64,000 nucleotides of DNA from Marsupella aquatica (lineage: Eukaryota > Plantae > Marchantiophyta): positions 11,369,832 through 11,433,831 of the forward strand of contig OZ316897.1 in assembly GCA_973895155.1 (NCBI GenBank). Direction: 5' to 3'. Positions 23,809 to 36,252 of the stretch are shown in pieces; position 1 is the first letter of the stretch, and each line of letters opens with the position of its first letter. The notes beneath the pieces were generated by a model that saw nothing but the letters and a program-made list of their open reading frames with translations, did not search any database and was not told where the DNA came from. Position numbers and translations under genes: made by a program.

Positions 23809-26800
23809 TCATTCTTGAAAAAACCCATAGCCTGTGCGATTGTAATAGCCTTCGCGAGCACGCACATCAGCAGCAACAGGAATAGGCGATTTGATTAGCC
23901 AGAAGGACTTTTTCAGAAGTAGAAGAACAAAGACCAAGATGAAGCCCAATGCTGTTCCAATCTCAAGGGCCAGAACAGAGACCCAGTTCTCAAAATTTGA
24001 CCAAGTTGAGCCATCCTTTGCCGTGCTGGTGAATGTTGGAAATGTGACACAGTAAGAACTTACCGGGAATCCGCTGAGATATGGGTTTCCAGGTCTGTAG
24101 TTTGAAACATTGTCAAATGTTGCAAACTGTTCCCCGGTTGGAATGCATCCACTGAAATTGTTTCCTGCCATCTTAAGGACTTCTAAGGACGTCAGGTTCA
24201 AAAGAGAGGACGGGATGGTGCCATTGAGGTTGTTGAATGAGACATCCAAGGATTCCAATGCTGCTAGCGAGCCAATAGTTTCCGGTAAGGAAGCCGTGAA
24301 CAAATTATGCGATACATTGAGAGTTTTCAAGAGCGTTAGAACTCCCAAGCTTGAAGGGATCTCACCCGTCAACTGATTCATCGAGATGTCAATCAAAGCC
24401 AAAGTTGGAAGAATGTATGCATACGTGGTATGGACTCCTTTGTTTGTGATGTCCACTTGCTGAGCCTGAGAAACCTCACTTTCATCAAAGGAATACCATT
24501 CTATTCTTCCATCATTATAGTAGGTAACTCCTTCGTTGATTAAAAACGTCAAAACTGAAACAATTGAAGTCCTGTCCTTTGCACCCTTCTTCATTCCACC
24601 AAGAACAATCATATTGTTTGGTACATTGCCGCTGAAAGAGTTGTGTGACAGGTCCAAAAACTGCAGCTGAGGCAGCCCCCACACCCATTTTGGTATCTCT
24701 CCTTCCAAATTGTTGAAACTCAATATGAGGACACGAATTGAGGCCAACTGTTTCGAGAAGGCTGGAATTGCCCCACGCAAGACATTGTGGCTTAGATCCA
24801 GAACCTGCAGCTTGTTGCAATTTTCCAACGACTTAGGAAACTCACCACTCAAAATGTTGTGTGATAAATCCAACGTCATAAGCGATTGCAGATTGCTGAA
24901 GTCGAGGGAGATGGTAAGGCTCAGTGAGTTGTTGTTGAGAAGCAAAACTTGAATGTTTGTGCAATTGCTTAGCAATGGCGGAATTGAACCATGGAAGTTG
25001 TTGGAGGACAAATCAAGAACCTTCAAAGTGGAGTTCAACCCCAGCCAACCTGGTATGCTACCTGAAAGCCAGTTAGTGGACAGATTCAGATGAATTAAAT
25101 CATGGAAGCTCTTGAAGCTTTTAGGGATTTCTCCAGACAGGAAGTTCTCTTCCAAGCTCAGCATCCTCAAGTCCAACTTTCCAAGCTCTGCTGGAATGGT
25201 GCCTTTCAAGCGGTTTCGGCCAAGGACAATATCTCGCATGAATGTGAGATTGCCAAAACTCCTGGGAATTGGTCCAGTGAAGCTATTTTCCATTAGATCC
25301 ATAACTCCAAGGTTGGTAAGAGCCCCCAACTCAATGGGAATATGGCCACTTAGGTGATTGCGAGAGCAAGAAAAAGCCACCAGGCTTGTGAGGTTTCCCA
25401 AAATGTTGGGAATGGATCCAGTCAAGTTGTTTTGATTGAGTCCTAGAGTCTGCAAGTTTGTTAGAGCCCCCAACACCTTTGGAATTCCACCAACTAGTTG
25501 ATTAGAGCCCAACTCAAAGTCTACTAAAAATGTGAGGTTCCCCATAGTGCTGGGAATGGACCCATTCAAGTTGTTGTCATTCAGTGCTAGACTCTCCAAG
25601 TACGTGATGTTCCCCAAAATGCTAGGAATGGATCCAGTCAAGCTGTTATACTCGAGTCCTACATTCACCAAATTACTGAGAGCCCCCAACGCCTTCGGAA
25701 TATCACCAACAAGGTGATAATTATAGCCCAAGTCAAGGTCAATTAGATTTGTGAGGTTCCCCAAAGTGCTGGGAATGGATCCACTCAAGTTGTTTTGGAG
25801 TATGTATAGAAACTGTAAACTGTTGAGGGCCCCCAACTCCTTTGGAATACTACCATTTAATTGATTATACCCCAAGAACAAATACTGCATATTAGTGAGG
25901 TTCCCCAAAGTGTTGGGAATGGATCCAGTCAAGCTGTTATATTCCAGATCTAAATTCCACAAGTTTGTGAGAGCTCCCAACTCCTTTGGAATATCACCAA
26001 CTAGTTGAATATTCCTACTCGCCCAAAATAACTGTAAATTTGTGAGGTTCCCTAGAGTGTTGGGCATGGATCCAGTCAAGTTGTTTTGGGATATATCTAG
26101 ATTCTCCAACTTGCTGAGAGCCCCCAACTCCTTGGGAATAACACCAACTAGGTAATTATTGTTCAACTGAAGGTCTAGTAAATTTGTGAGGTTCCCAAAA
26201 GTGCTGGGAATTGATCCAATAAAGCTGTTCTCCGAGAGGTAGAGAACCTGTATCCTGACAAGAGCTTTAAAGTCTGGAATAGTCTGGAATAGTAGTTGAT
26301 TAACGTCCAACTCAAGGTCTACTAAATTTGTCAGGTTCCCCAAACTCTTGGGAACTAGGCCAGTGAAATCATTTAGCCCTAGCACTAGAAGATCCAACTT
26401 GACAAGAGATCCCAACTCCATGGGAATGTCACCATAGAGAGTATTTTGCGACAAGTCAAGTTTTTGCAGATTGGTGAGATTCCCGAAACTTCTTGGAACG
26501 GGTCCAGAGAAGCTGTTCAGAGATAGATCTAGAAGCTCCAAGTTGATGAGAGCCCCCAAACTACGGGGAATCCTACCCGACAGGCTGTTCCAGTTGAAAT
26601 CGATCATCCGAAGCCCTCCGCAAAGACTCAAGCTTCCAGGAATCTCTCCAGCGAAATTATTGCTGGAGAGATTCAAACTCGTGAGAAAGGACAGGTTCCC
26701 CAAGGCTGGGTTGATCAGACCACTAAGCTGCATTTGAGATAGATCTAGACTCACCACTCGTTTGGCCCTGTTGCAAGTGACTCCTTCCCAGCCTGAGCAA

Positions 26801-27887
26801 ACGTTGGGGCGAGTGTTGATGTTCCAGCTGACAAGGGTATTGTCCAATTTTCCATCCATCGATGCTTTGAAAGCAAGTAGTGCGTCCCTGTTCCAAACGA
26901 GACACCCATACATATAGTCAGGGTAGATAGTCTCTTACGTAATATTCACTTTCAATTGGGTTTTTGGAAGAAATTATGCATCATGTGAACATCAGGGTTT
27001 CCCATTTCCATGTAATTTGGAACGTACTAATTCTTTAATGTACATACGTTTAACACCTATTTCATTTGGTATATCTCGTTTGGTATATCAGATTTGGTAC
27101 TTTGCCACTATTTATTTTGTGAAATGTTCACTGAGTGTTTGGGTTTAATTATTAATACTAAGACACTGCTATATTAGAATGCCACTCTTTTCGTAAAAGG
27201 CCTCCATTTTTTTGGTTTCGATCCATATGGGCAGGGTTACGAAAAACTGGTAAAATAACAAATTTACAGAAAAACACTGGTAAGTAAGAGTCATAAGCTC
27301 GGGTAGGATCTCCACACAAAACCTTGGAACTCAGATGGCATCCCACCCAGAATACTCTTTGGATAACAGTCAACATCCATGTTTTCTCAAAGATTTCACA
27401 GGAGCTTCAGAATCCTATTCAAGCAAAACGTTTGGGCTGAGTATCCTATCCGAGCTTATAGCTCTGCAAGGTAGACTGGAAAAAACAAATATACTATATT
27501 ATTATTACTATATATATAATACTACACTGCAGAAAGATTGAATAGTTGCAATGAGGTTTAGTGTTACCTGTCAGTAACGTTTGTGCTTCGAGTCACGGCG
27601 GCGGTGGAGATTGATCGGCCTTGGAGAGCACGGGCGATGGCTTTCTGACGACCTTTGAGTATAACGAGGGCCTCATCTGTCGGAGCAGCATCATGGGTTG
27701 GAGCAGCATGCGTTGCACAATGCGGACCCTGAATCGTAGAAAAACCTCGAATTGATCCGTGCTTCGGAACACAAGTTACCGGCTCAGCTTTCTCAGCAAT
27801 GGAGCTGGAGCTCACGAAATGGAGAAGAATGTGCACCGTGGTGAGGACTCGTAGAAAGCATGTACACAATGATACTCTTGACGCCAT
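23809..27887 (-). CDS. Leucine-rich-repeat receptor-like protein (RLP, no kinase); 2 exons: 27887-27568 and 26887-23809
   Basis: Exon 1 has a signal peptide; the GT-AG splice gives ...NVTDR/DALLAFK. LRRNT (CSGWEGVTC), about 30 LxxLxLxxNxLxGxIP repeats, island domain, GNPYLSG cap, TM helix, short tail. Confidence 0.92.
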
Positions 27888-28318
27888 CTCGATCTACTAG
27901 AAGAGCTGGTGAGCCTGGACAATTGAAGGTGTAATGTCAGATTCCTTTTAGTTGTTTGAAGTGAAGCGGATTAGGAATTCGAACTCCGAAATTCGTCTAT
28001 CCAGGGAGTATAGAGGCCGGAAGTTGGAGGAGCGAAAGTTGTTTCTGGAGGCACGTACTTGAATTCTGGAAGAGGCACAATGTCATTGCAATCATGAAAT
28101 ATATGCTTCGATCAAGAGATTGAAGAGCAGCTACGTACAGCTGAGATCAGAACTTTAGCCAAGGCAGCCATGGACATCGTATTTATCGTTCTATATCCGG
28201 ATCTGAAGCGTACGTACTACGATCCACTGCAAGTCCACCATTTTCCCGGTGGGAAACATACTAGCAAGACTAACCAATCGGCCACAGCAAGAAGAGAAAC
28301 AAAGAAAGTGATGACACT

Positions 28319-28475
28319 GCAAGTGCAAGTAGTCTTTAGTTGGGGCACTGGAACAAGTTTAGATGAGAAGCCTCGTTGAACGAGGCAAAGAAATAGTACT
28401 GCAAGTAGTCTTTGGTCGGGGCACTGGAATAAGTTTAGATGAGAAGCCTCGTTGAACGAGGCAGAGAAATAGTAC
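28319..28475. repeat. ~75-bp tandem duplication upstream of the RLP gene
   Basis: TGCAAGTAGTCTTT...GAGAAGCCTCGTTGAACGAGGCARAGAAATAGTAC x2. Confidence 0.85.
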
Positions 28476-29394
28476 AGGAGAAGATCAGGTAACAAGGGCT
28501 GCAGGTGAGAGTTCAAGGGCTCAATACTGACCGCGGAACTTATATCCCCGCTTACATCTAGAGAGCAGGTTAAGTGCTGACGGGAAATGGAACGCAATGC
28601 TTACCTCTAGCGTTGATAACGCTGGCTCAAAATCTGATTAAAGCATCTACGCATCGATTAGCCTTACAGACCCGGCTCCGATTGCAAACTCTCAGCACTC
28701 AGGAAGCCAATCAGCGCAGTCACGCTTGAATGTGTGCTGATTGTGCGTGCAATGTGTTCTGCAGACAGCAGGCGGGAGAGCAGGAACGCTCAAAATCGGG
28801 GTGGAATCAGTTGCCTGATTGATCTAAAGCGCGATGGCGCCGCGTCATACGCACCATCAAAAAAAGATTCAATACAAGCTGTTTGAAGCTGTACGCCGCT
28901 TCAATCTCAGGGGTAACGCAACTGCCCCCTCTCGCGCGGATCTCAGGAACCCGTGTTGAAAATGTATCTGTTGATTCAGGACGTTCGTCTGCTTCACTCC
29001 CATGCATTTCTATAGGACTACCACATCTGCGTCTCGATCCCGGAGTCAGGCACCTACGAAGGAACTCCGACAATGAGACTCTTCCGGTTTGGATTCCCTT
29101 TATAGGACAACTACATAGAGCAATTGAAGGAATCGCAATAACTTGCGGGATATTTGCTGAATTGACAATTCAATGTTTGACAATTCAATGTTCTATCTCC
29201 GTGACATCATAGCTGCGCTGCCGTCAGCATTTTCGGACGAGTAAATCTGACTTGAGTCCACAGGGATCTGCTTTCAGATGTGATCCGCGTTGATCTTTCC
29301 CTTTTTGACTCGAATTTCGAGTCACTGTTTCACTTGCATGGACAGACAGAAAGAGAGTTCCGCCGAGTTCGTTAAAGCCTCAAATCACTCACTG

Positions 29395-30078
29395 TCTTGC
29401 AATATTTAAACCATTCTCGATTACTTTGTCAAAAAAATGAAATCCGTCTGGGGAACCTTCAAAAGCACGCTGTGCTTGTCGCTCTCCAGACCTAGATGAA
29501 AGCACTCCAAGAAGGGGAGGAGGACCAGGACTTGAGGCTGGCGACTACAAATACCAGAGTGCACACGGATTATTCCCCACTCCTTATGTTAGCCTCATTG
29601 CTAAACATATAGCCTGCCGAGAGTATGAAGACAATCTATAAGTAAGGCTCTGATGTCCTCAAGTTAAGTTTATGTCTTAAAGACACCACTCATTGTTGCG
29701 CAGGCAGGGTTCGCCACATCCGCAATTCGTGAGGCTTCCAACATCTGCCAGCTTTTACACGAGAAGGTCATAATGGTTGCGACCAGAATAAAGTAACCTC
29801 ACAGGCTTCCTTGCCTGCCTTCTTACCCTGCCTTGCGTTCCTGAACTCACTGTCATACTCTGTTGTAGGCATATATCCACCACTAGCCCCTCTCCCTCGT
29901 TTTGCCTGTAGGAAACCAATGGCAGTCAGCGTGTAAGGTTGACAGGAAACAAATCAAGCATAAGCCTACTAGCTTCTCAACAGCACACTGATGATTTAAT
30001 CTCAAAAGGGTTCAGCGCTTTCCGGACTTCCTCTCACTCTCTAATTACCCAGTTTTGCAGAAAATGGAATAGCTTCAC
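29395..30078 (+). repeat. Arm 1 of an inverted duplication (arm 2 at 34715-35703)
   Basis: Long reverse-complement matches, e.g. GTGCTTGTCGCTCTCCAGACCTAGATGAAAGCACTCCAAG and AAAAGGGTTCAGCGCTTTCCGGACTTCCTCTCACTCT. Confidence 0.9.
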
Positions 30079-30800
30079 TGCTTTGCGATGACCTCAACAG
30101 GACATATGCTGCATCAGGACCGTGAGCGGTTATCCTCCTTTTTGAATCCATCTCTTTTGTAGCCTGCTGCTGCCGACAAACATCACCAATGTAAGGTAAA
30201 TATCACTGCATATACCTTAACTGTTATGAAGGTTGAGTATAATAGAGAAACCTGTAACATAAATTCTTGCACGCAAACCTGAGAGCTTGGTGCAATGTAC
30301 CGTTTCTCCAACTCTTCTGCCAGCTGTCTAATTATGGGAAAATTTTGTCAACAAAGTAAGTTACTTGAAATCCAAGACACCCAAGATTATAGAGACAAGA
30401 TTCGAACGTACTAAGCTCAGTATGCCTCATGTCGAGAGCACTAACCATGTCTTGAAAGGCAACTAAGGTAAGCCTACTGTAAAGGTACAGTTTCAAACTG
30501 AAATTTTCTAAACTCCCACACTACTTTCAAACCGGGACATGCATTGTGATAGCGTGTGACTACAGCCAAGATTTCTTTGAAGGAGCTTGAGAATCTGCTT
30601 TGACGTAAGACAGAATGTCAATTCACAAACTAAGCTAACTCAACAGAATGACTACAAAACTTGGCACTACAGTAGACCACTTCTCTAAAGTACTTCAGTA
30701 AATTACTCCTTTCAACACTCGGCTAACAACAGCCCAAGAATTTGTTACACCTGGGAATGATGCCTTTGTGGATGCTGCAAGTGTTTAAGATCAAGCCCGA
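29780..30800 (-). pseudogene. Possible multi-exon gene remnant of unknown family
   Basis: Short exon-like blocks with GT/AG borders (AFQDMVSALDMR, QLAEELEKR, FRNARQGKKARKPVR) interrupted by stops. Confidence 0.3.
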
Positions 30801-31074
30801 AAACCAATGCAAACCAAAATGCTGAGTCACCAGTGCAAAAGCATTTCAAAAGAATGCTTAACAAGTAAACAATCAGCTTTCAATCCATCAAAAGGTTTGA
30901 GCTTCATCAAGTTGATTTGGCCGGAGCGCAGCATTGGGGACTGTGACGTGCACTGTATGGGGCCCTGGGCCAGGAAAATGGGGGAGCATTAAAGCGTGGT
31001 GCTAGTGAGGGTTGGGGATATATGCTGTAAAGTATTGTGTACCATGTGGTTATGACAATGCACATTGCAAAGCA

Positions 31075-31455
31075 ACAGAACTTTGTTTTATTACTTTCAG
31101 TGGCCATTGACATAAGTTTGTCTTTTTACTTGCTTTATTACTTTCAATTTATGGCAGTTAACAGAACTTTGCTTTATTACCTTTTCTTGGAATGGTCTTT
31201 CTTATATATAACAGTGAAAACCCCCATTGACATAACTTTGTCTTATTACTTGCTTTATTACTTTCAACGGCAGTTAACAGAACTTTGCTTTAAAACAATT
31301 CCTCGGAAAGGAGGAAACAAGCAGCCACATAAGGTCAAAACGAATGCAGCCCCCAGGGGCCAGAGGGGGCAAGTCTTTGCTTTATTACTTTTGCTGGCAG
31401 TAGCTTTGCTTTATCATTTTCATTGACCCTAACTTTGCTTTATTACTTTCAATGG
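31075..31455. repeat. Degenerate array of the AACTTTGCTTTATTACTTTCA motif
   Basis: About seven imperfect copies. Confidence 0.7.
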
Positions 31456-31749
31456 TTGTTGACTATAGTGGCTCTTACAGTCTACCATGCATAGTCCATT
31501 CTGTGGGTAAATGCAGGCTGGTTGTCCAGTCCCCTAAAATAACAGTGCCTTCCTTTGTGAATGCACCAAAAACTGCACCATCTGTAAGTACAGGTACATG
31601 TCACTCAATGACAAATACATAAGTGCATTTCTCTCTATAAGAATGCACATGCAGTGGACAACGCCACACAGCAGCACGTTTCATGCCAATGTGTAATGTG
31701 TATGACCTGACAATGCATATAATTGAGAAAGTGCATAAGCAATTTTGAA

Positions 31750-31899
31750 TGAACTTATTGCATACTTTAGCATGCACATATGAAAAAGTGGATAATGGTC
31801 CCATGCTCACAATAATCTACTTCTTTAATATGTGATCTTACCAAGGGCTGGGGTTTTTTATTATGTCTGCTTTGACAAAAGCTGAATTTTTTAGAGTTT
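31750..31899 (-). repeat. Inverted copy of 21316-21483
   Basis: Reverse-complement identity blocks. Confidence 0.85.
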
Positions 31900-33941
31900 T
31901 CTTTCTCTTGTAAGATCTTGACTTTCTCTCACCGCAAGGTCTCAGCCCAAAGTTTTCTGCAAACAATTCAGAGAATATGGGGAAACAGCTGAACTTTCTT
32001 TGTTGTGAAGGTAACACTGTTGTTTTAGGAACTAGGTGAAAGTCCCTTTAATTAACAAAATTTACCCTTTTTGCTCGTCATTCAGGTTCTTGGAATGGCT
32101 GCAAATAAAGGAGTTAGCTTAAATTCCTTGGAGGAAGAGCAAGAAGCAGGCATGCTATACCTGCCCTCTATTACTTAATTGTGAAGCTTGTCCAGGAACA
32201 AAACAATTTTTTCATGAAGAATGGAGAGGAAAACCAGATTTCAGCTATGGTTGAAATATTCTTAAGTTTGGGAAAATGTAGCCTGAGTGTATTTTCTTTT
32301 CCTATTTTCAGATCTAAGCTTCATGATGCCCATGCCCACTTTCTTATCACTAGTAAATATTTCCATAGTTATTGGCAGGAGCAGTAGTGGTCAAACAGAT
32401 AGTGAAATGAGAGAGCAGCATAGTGGCAGACACAGCCATTAGTTAACATCTATACGTACAGTGAATGAAAGGGTTTTGGGGGTTTTAGTTCCGAGCCAAA
32501 AACATCTGTGATTTCAGTTATACCAGTAGGCAAAATGTGAGAATAGTTAAAAATCTATGATCAGGAGTGTCAACGAGGAAAAAATGCATGATTATGAGTT
32601 CCATTGAATGCTGCAAATCCTCTATTGAATACTGAACTCTGAGTTGCCCCAGAATCAAAACCAGACAATCATAAGTAAATCACCAAAGCTTTACTCGATC
32701 GAGGAGAAAGCTAGCTTGAATTCTTAACTGGACAAACAGGAGAGCATCCACTAGATAGGAGTGGGGGAGAGCATAGCACAACACATGTTGAGTCCCCATT
32801 GTCAAAACACCCTGCGTCCTTTCACAAGGACAGTAAACGATGCAGAAAAAACACAAAATGACAGAAAGAACGTCGAGACAAAGAACAATAAAGGGACAAA
32901 AACCCTTTCACAAGATCTCAACTGTTAAAAGACAACTGCATGGAATGGACAGATCAGCTGTGGTTGGTTGTGATGGACGCCATCTGCAGAAGTGACAAAC
33001 AAGGTAAAAAAGATGAAGAGTCTTTGATTGCAATCATTGTCGAAGATCGAATCTCTCCAAAGGTGACTCCATCCCCTAAGTTTTTTGCACTGATGTTGTG
33101 GCTGTCCAAATTTTCAATTATAGTAAAATAGGTTTGTGTCCTTGTTGAGCATTGATGACATTCATAATGGCATGCTCATAACCATCCAACAATCAAGTAG
33201 TCGACATATAGAGATATGCGTGATTCACCTCCACAAGAGGCTACGTCCACTGGGATGTCCACGGGAACACACAAGAGCTTTACTGTACTCTAGGTTGACC
33301 GACCATACCAAGTATCCATAGCACAAGCTCTCTCCATCTTGCAACTGGCTCCAAAAAAATGAGTCTGAGTTCCCCCTATCAAAGCAAACACCGCTTGGGT
33401 AGAGTGTGTGTGTGCAGCATGACTAACCTAACCTAGTCTCCCGCCTAGTCTGCGACTAAGGTTAGCCCTAATTGCAGTACAATCGTAACTCTAGACCTAA
33501 GAGTGAATCTTAATAGTCCTGACAGTAGGTCCTCAATTGTTCTTCTACACAGTTCTGAAGAAATTGCTCTTAGAAAGTCCTGGTTGGAAACTTACAACTA
33601 CAACCTTGGTCCGCAGTGGGGGAGGATGAGTTGTTGGTTTACTTGTGTCAAACGGATTTCTGTATTATAAGCATTAAGTGGTTGATTACACTCTTAGGTG
33701 CATATATTTTGAGCGGATATGCAGCTCACAGTTTGGGGGTGGAGAATCTCAATTTCTGGTATTTCACCTCCCACTTCCATAAACTGTGCTATATTTGCTT
33801 CACCATGATAGCGGTCTAGAATCTCCCAGGTCGAATGTGCAGAGCAACTACATTTGGGATTTTGTTCTGCAGGTTTTATCTAGATGTGCAAATTACCTAT
33901 CATCGTCTACATTCAAGATTTTGTTCTGCAGGTTTTATTTA

Positions 33942-34327
33942 CACTGTTCACCGTAATTAGTGTGACTAACACTAATTCGAGAGCGCCCAGTTTCAGGGTC
34001 TACTCACAAATTAGTGTTAGTCACACTAATTTTGTGCTAACACTATTTCCATGCACATGAATTAGTGTTACTAATTATGGTCTCAAGGGTGAAAAAAATA
34101 GAGGGAAAAACACTCTTTTGAAAAATACACAACAATTAGTGTTACTTTGGATTCAAGATAGTCAATTTTTTCTAGCAATATAAACAAAAGTGGAAGAAAA
34201 TTGTTTAGAAGAAAGGACAAAACTTAGTGTTACTTCGACTCAAAATCATTTTTACCAAAATAGTGTTAGTAACACTAATTTTGTACTAATGCTAATTCTT
34301 GCATAACACTAATTATGGTGAGCAGTG
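33942..34327. mobile_element. 386-bp MITE with a TA target-site duplication
   Basis: TA|CACTGTTCACCGTAATTAGTGT ... ACACTAATTATGGTGAGCAGTG|TA; internal AATTAGTGT/ACACTAATT palindromic repeats. Confidence 0.88.
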
Positions 34328-34416
34328 TAAATGTGCAAATTACCTGTCATCATCTAAGTACCAGAGTCAGAGGTAAACTACAAAATGGCTGGCTCGATTT
34401 GGCACACTTCCTTGTC

Positions 34417-34606
34417 CCTACAATGTTTCCTTTTTCTGGAGTGTTACACAGAACTGAGACACGACGCTCGATAGTAAAACCACCAACATGTATTGATGTG
34501 CACAACACTTCCTTTCCCTACAACGTTTCCTTTTTCTGGAGTGTTACACAGAACTGAGACACGACGCTCTAGTAAAACCACCAACATGTATTGATGTGCA
34601 CAACAG
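34417..34606. repeat. ~100-bp tandem duplication
   Basis: CCTACAAYGTTTCCTTTTTCTGGAGTGTTACACAGAACTGAGACACGACGCTC...GATGTGCACAACA x2. Confidence 0.9.
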
Positions 34607-34714
34607 TTAGAAATGAAATGTAATCATGTATTTGAACGTGGGACATCATGAAACTTAAAGGGTGATACATACAAAGTCAAATGACGTTGAATGACCATGT
34701 TGCCGCTGCCATAT

Positions 34715-35703
34715 GTGAAGCTATTCCATTTTCTGACTGGGTAATTAAAGAGTGAGAGGAAGTCCGGAAAGCGCTGAACCCTTTTGAGATTAAAACATCA
34801 GTGTGCTGTTGAGAAGCTAGTAGGCTTATGCTTGATATGTTTCCTGTCCACCGTACACGCCGACTGCTATTGGTTTCCTACAGGCAAAACTAGGGAGAGG
34901 GGCTGCTGGTGGATATATGCCTATAGCAGATTATGGCAGTGTGTTCAGGAACGCAAGGCAGGGTAAGAAGGCAAGGAAGCCTGTGAGGTCACTTTATTCT
35001 GGTGGCAACCATTATGACCTTCTCGTGTAAAAGCTGGCAGTTGTTCAAAGAAGCCTCACTAATTTCAGCGGGTCTCACTAACTGCACATCAAAATATGAC
35101 ATATACAATGTAGGACACCCTGCATATACCGTGATAAGCCTGGTTTTTTTTCTTTCAATCAATGAGTGCAGCCACATTTTGATGTGTGATTACCAGCAGG
35201 GAATTTCAGCTGTGGCGAACTCTTGTGGTCAGGCCCCTGCCTGCGCATCAATGAGTGAGGTCTTTAAGACATAAACTTGAGGACATCAGAGCCTCTGCAG
35301 CTGATTACCCTGCCTTTGATGTTAGCCGGTATGAGTTAGCACTCATGAATGACTTTGACCTTCAATTCTGTAATATTCAGTTCTGCATTCTCGCAACAAT
35401 GCTCATGTGGAACTGAAGTCCCTTATTCGTCGTACATCTTGACAAGGACTTATAGATTGTCTTCATACTCTAAAGGGCAGGCTATATGTTTAGCAATGAG
35501 GCTAACATAAGGAGTGGAGAATAGTTCGTGTGCACTCTGGTATTGTAGTCGCCAGCCTCAAGTCTTGGTCCTCTTCCCCTGCTTGGAGTGCTTTCATCTA
35601 GGTCTGGAGAGCGACAAGCACCGGCGTGCTTTTGAAGGTCTGCCAGACGGATTTCATTCTTAATTTTGACAAAGTAATCGAGAATGGTTTAAATATTGCA
35701 AGA
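34715..35703 (-). repeat. Arm 2 of the inverted duplication, with two extra ~150-bp internal segments
   Basis: Reverse complement of 29395-30078, interrupted at ~35060-35210 and ~35295-35445. Confidence 0.9.
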
Positions 35704-36252
35704 AAGCGAGTGATTTGATGCTTTAGAGGTCTAAGGGAGGAGATACTAGGAATATTCTTGTCAGTTTTTCCTAGATTACACCCTGACCGTGAGATATCCC
35801 TAAATTTAAACATGACCTTTAGATTCTGGCGAATGGGTCCAGTATTAGATGTGAAAGTGGCGAATGGCATTAAAAAATTGTAGCTAATGCTAGCCAAAAG
35901 TGGAGGACACTTTTAGGGGGGTGGAATTTGGCTAAATTTCGCACTTAAAAAAAATGCTGGCACACAACACAACCCTCAGATTTACGAACACTCTGTGAGC
36001 ATTTCAGTGATCTTTGCATTCACTTATCTTGAATTTGACTACTGAAATTTCTGCAATGATCGCTCCTGCAGGTTACCGGAATGTTTCTACTAGCAATCGG
36101 GACTCCCGTCATCGTGTGACAAGCAAGAAAGATTAAGAATATCCTCCTGTTTCTTCCCTCTGTCCCGTCCGATTTCTTCCTGCTGACGGACCACAATTTG
36201 GTTACAGAGTTCTCTCATTTCGCTCAGGAATCTGTTCCATCGTTGGGGCCCG

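Noticed and set aside
26888-26913. ATG at 26913 as the RLP start
   Set aside because: It gives no signal peptide; a canonical intron links to the upstream signal-peptide exon in frame.
32900-33480. Possible retrotransposon PBS/gag remnant
   Set aside because: No convincing PBS, LTR pair or protein motif.
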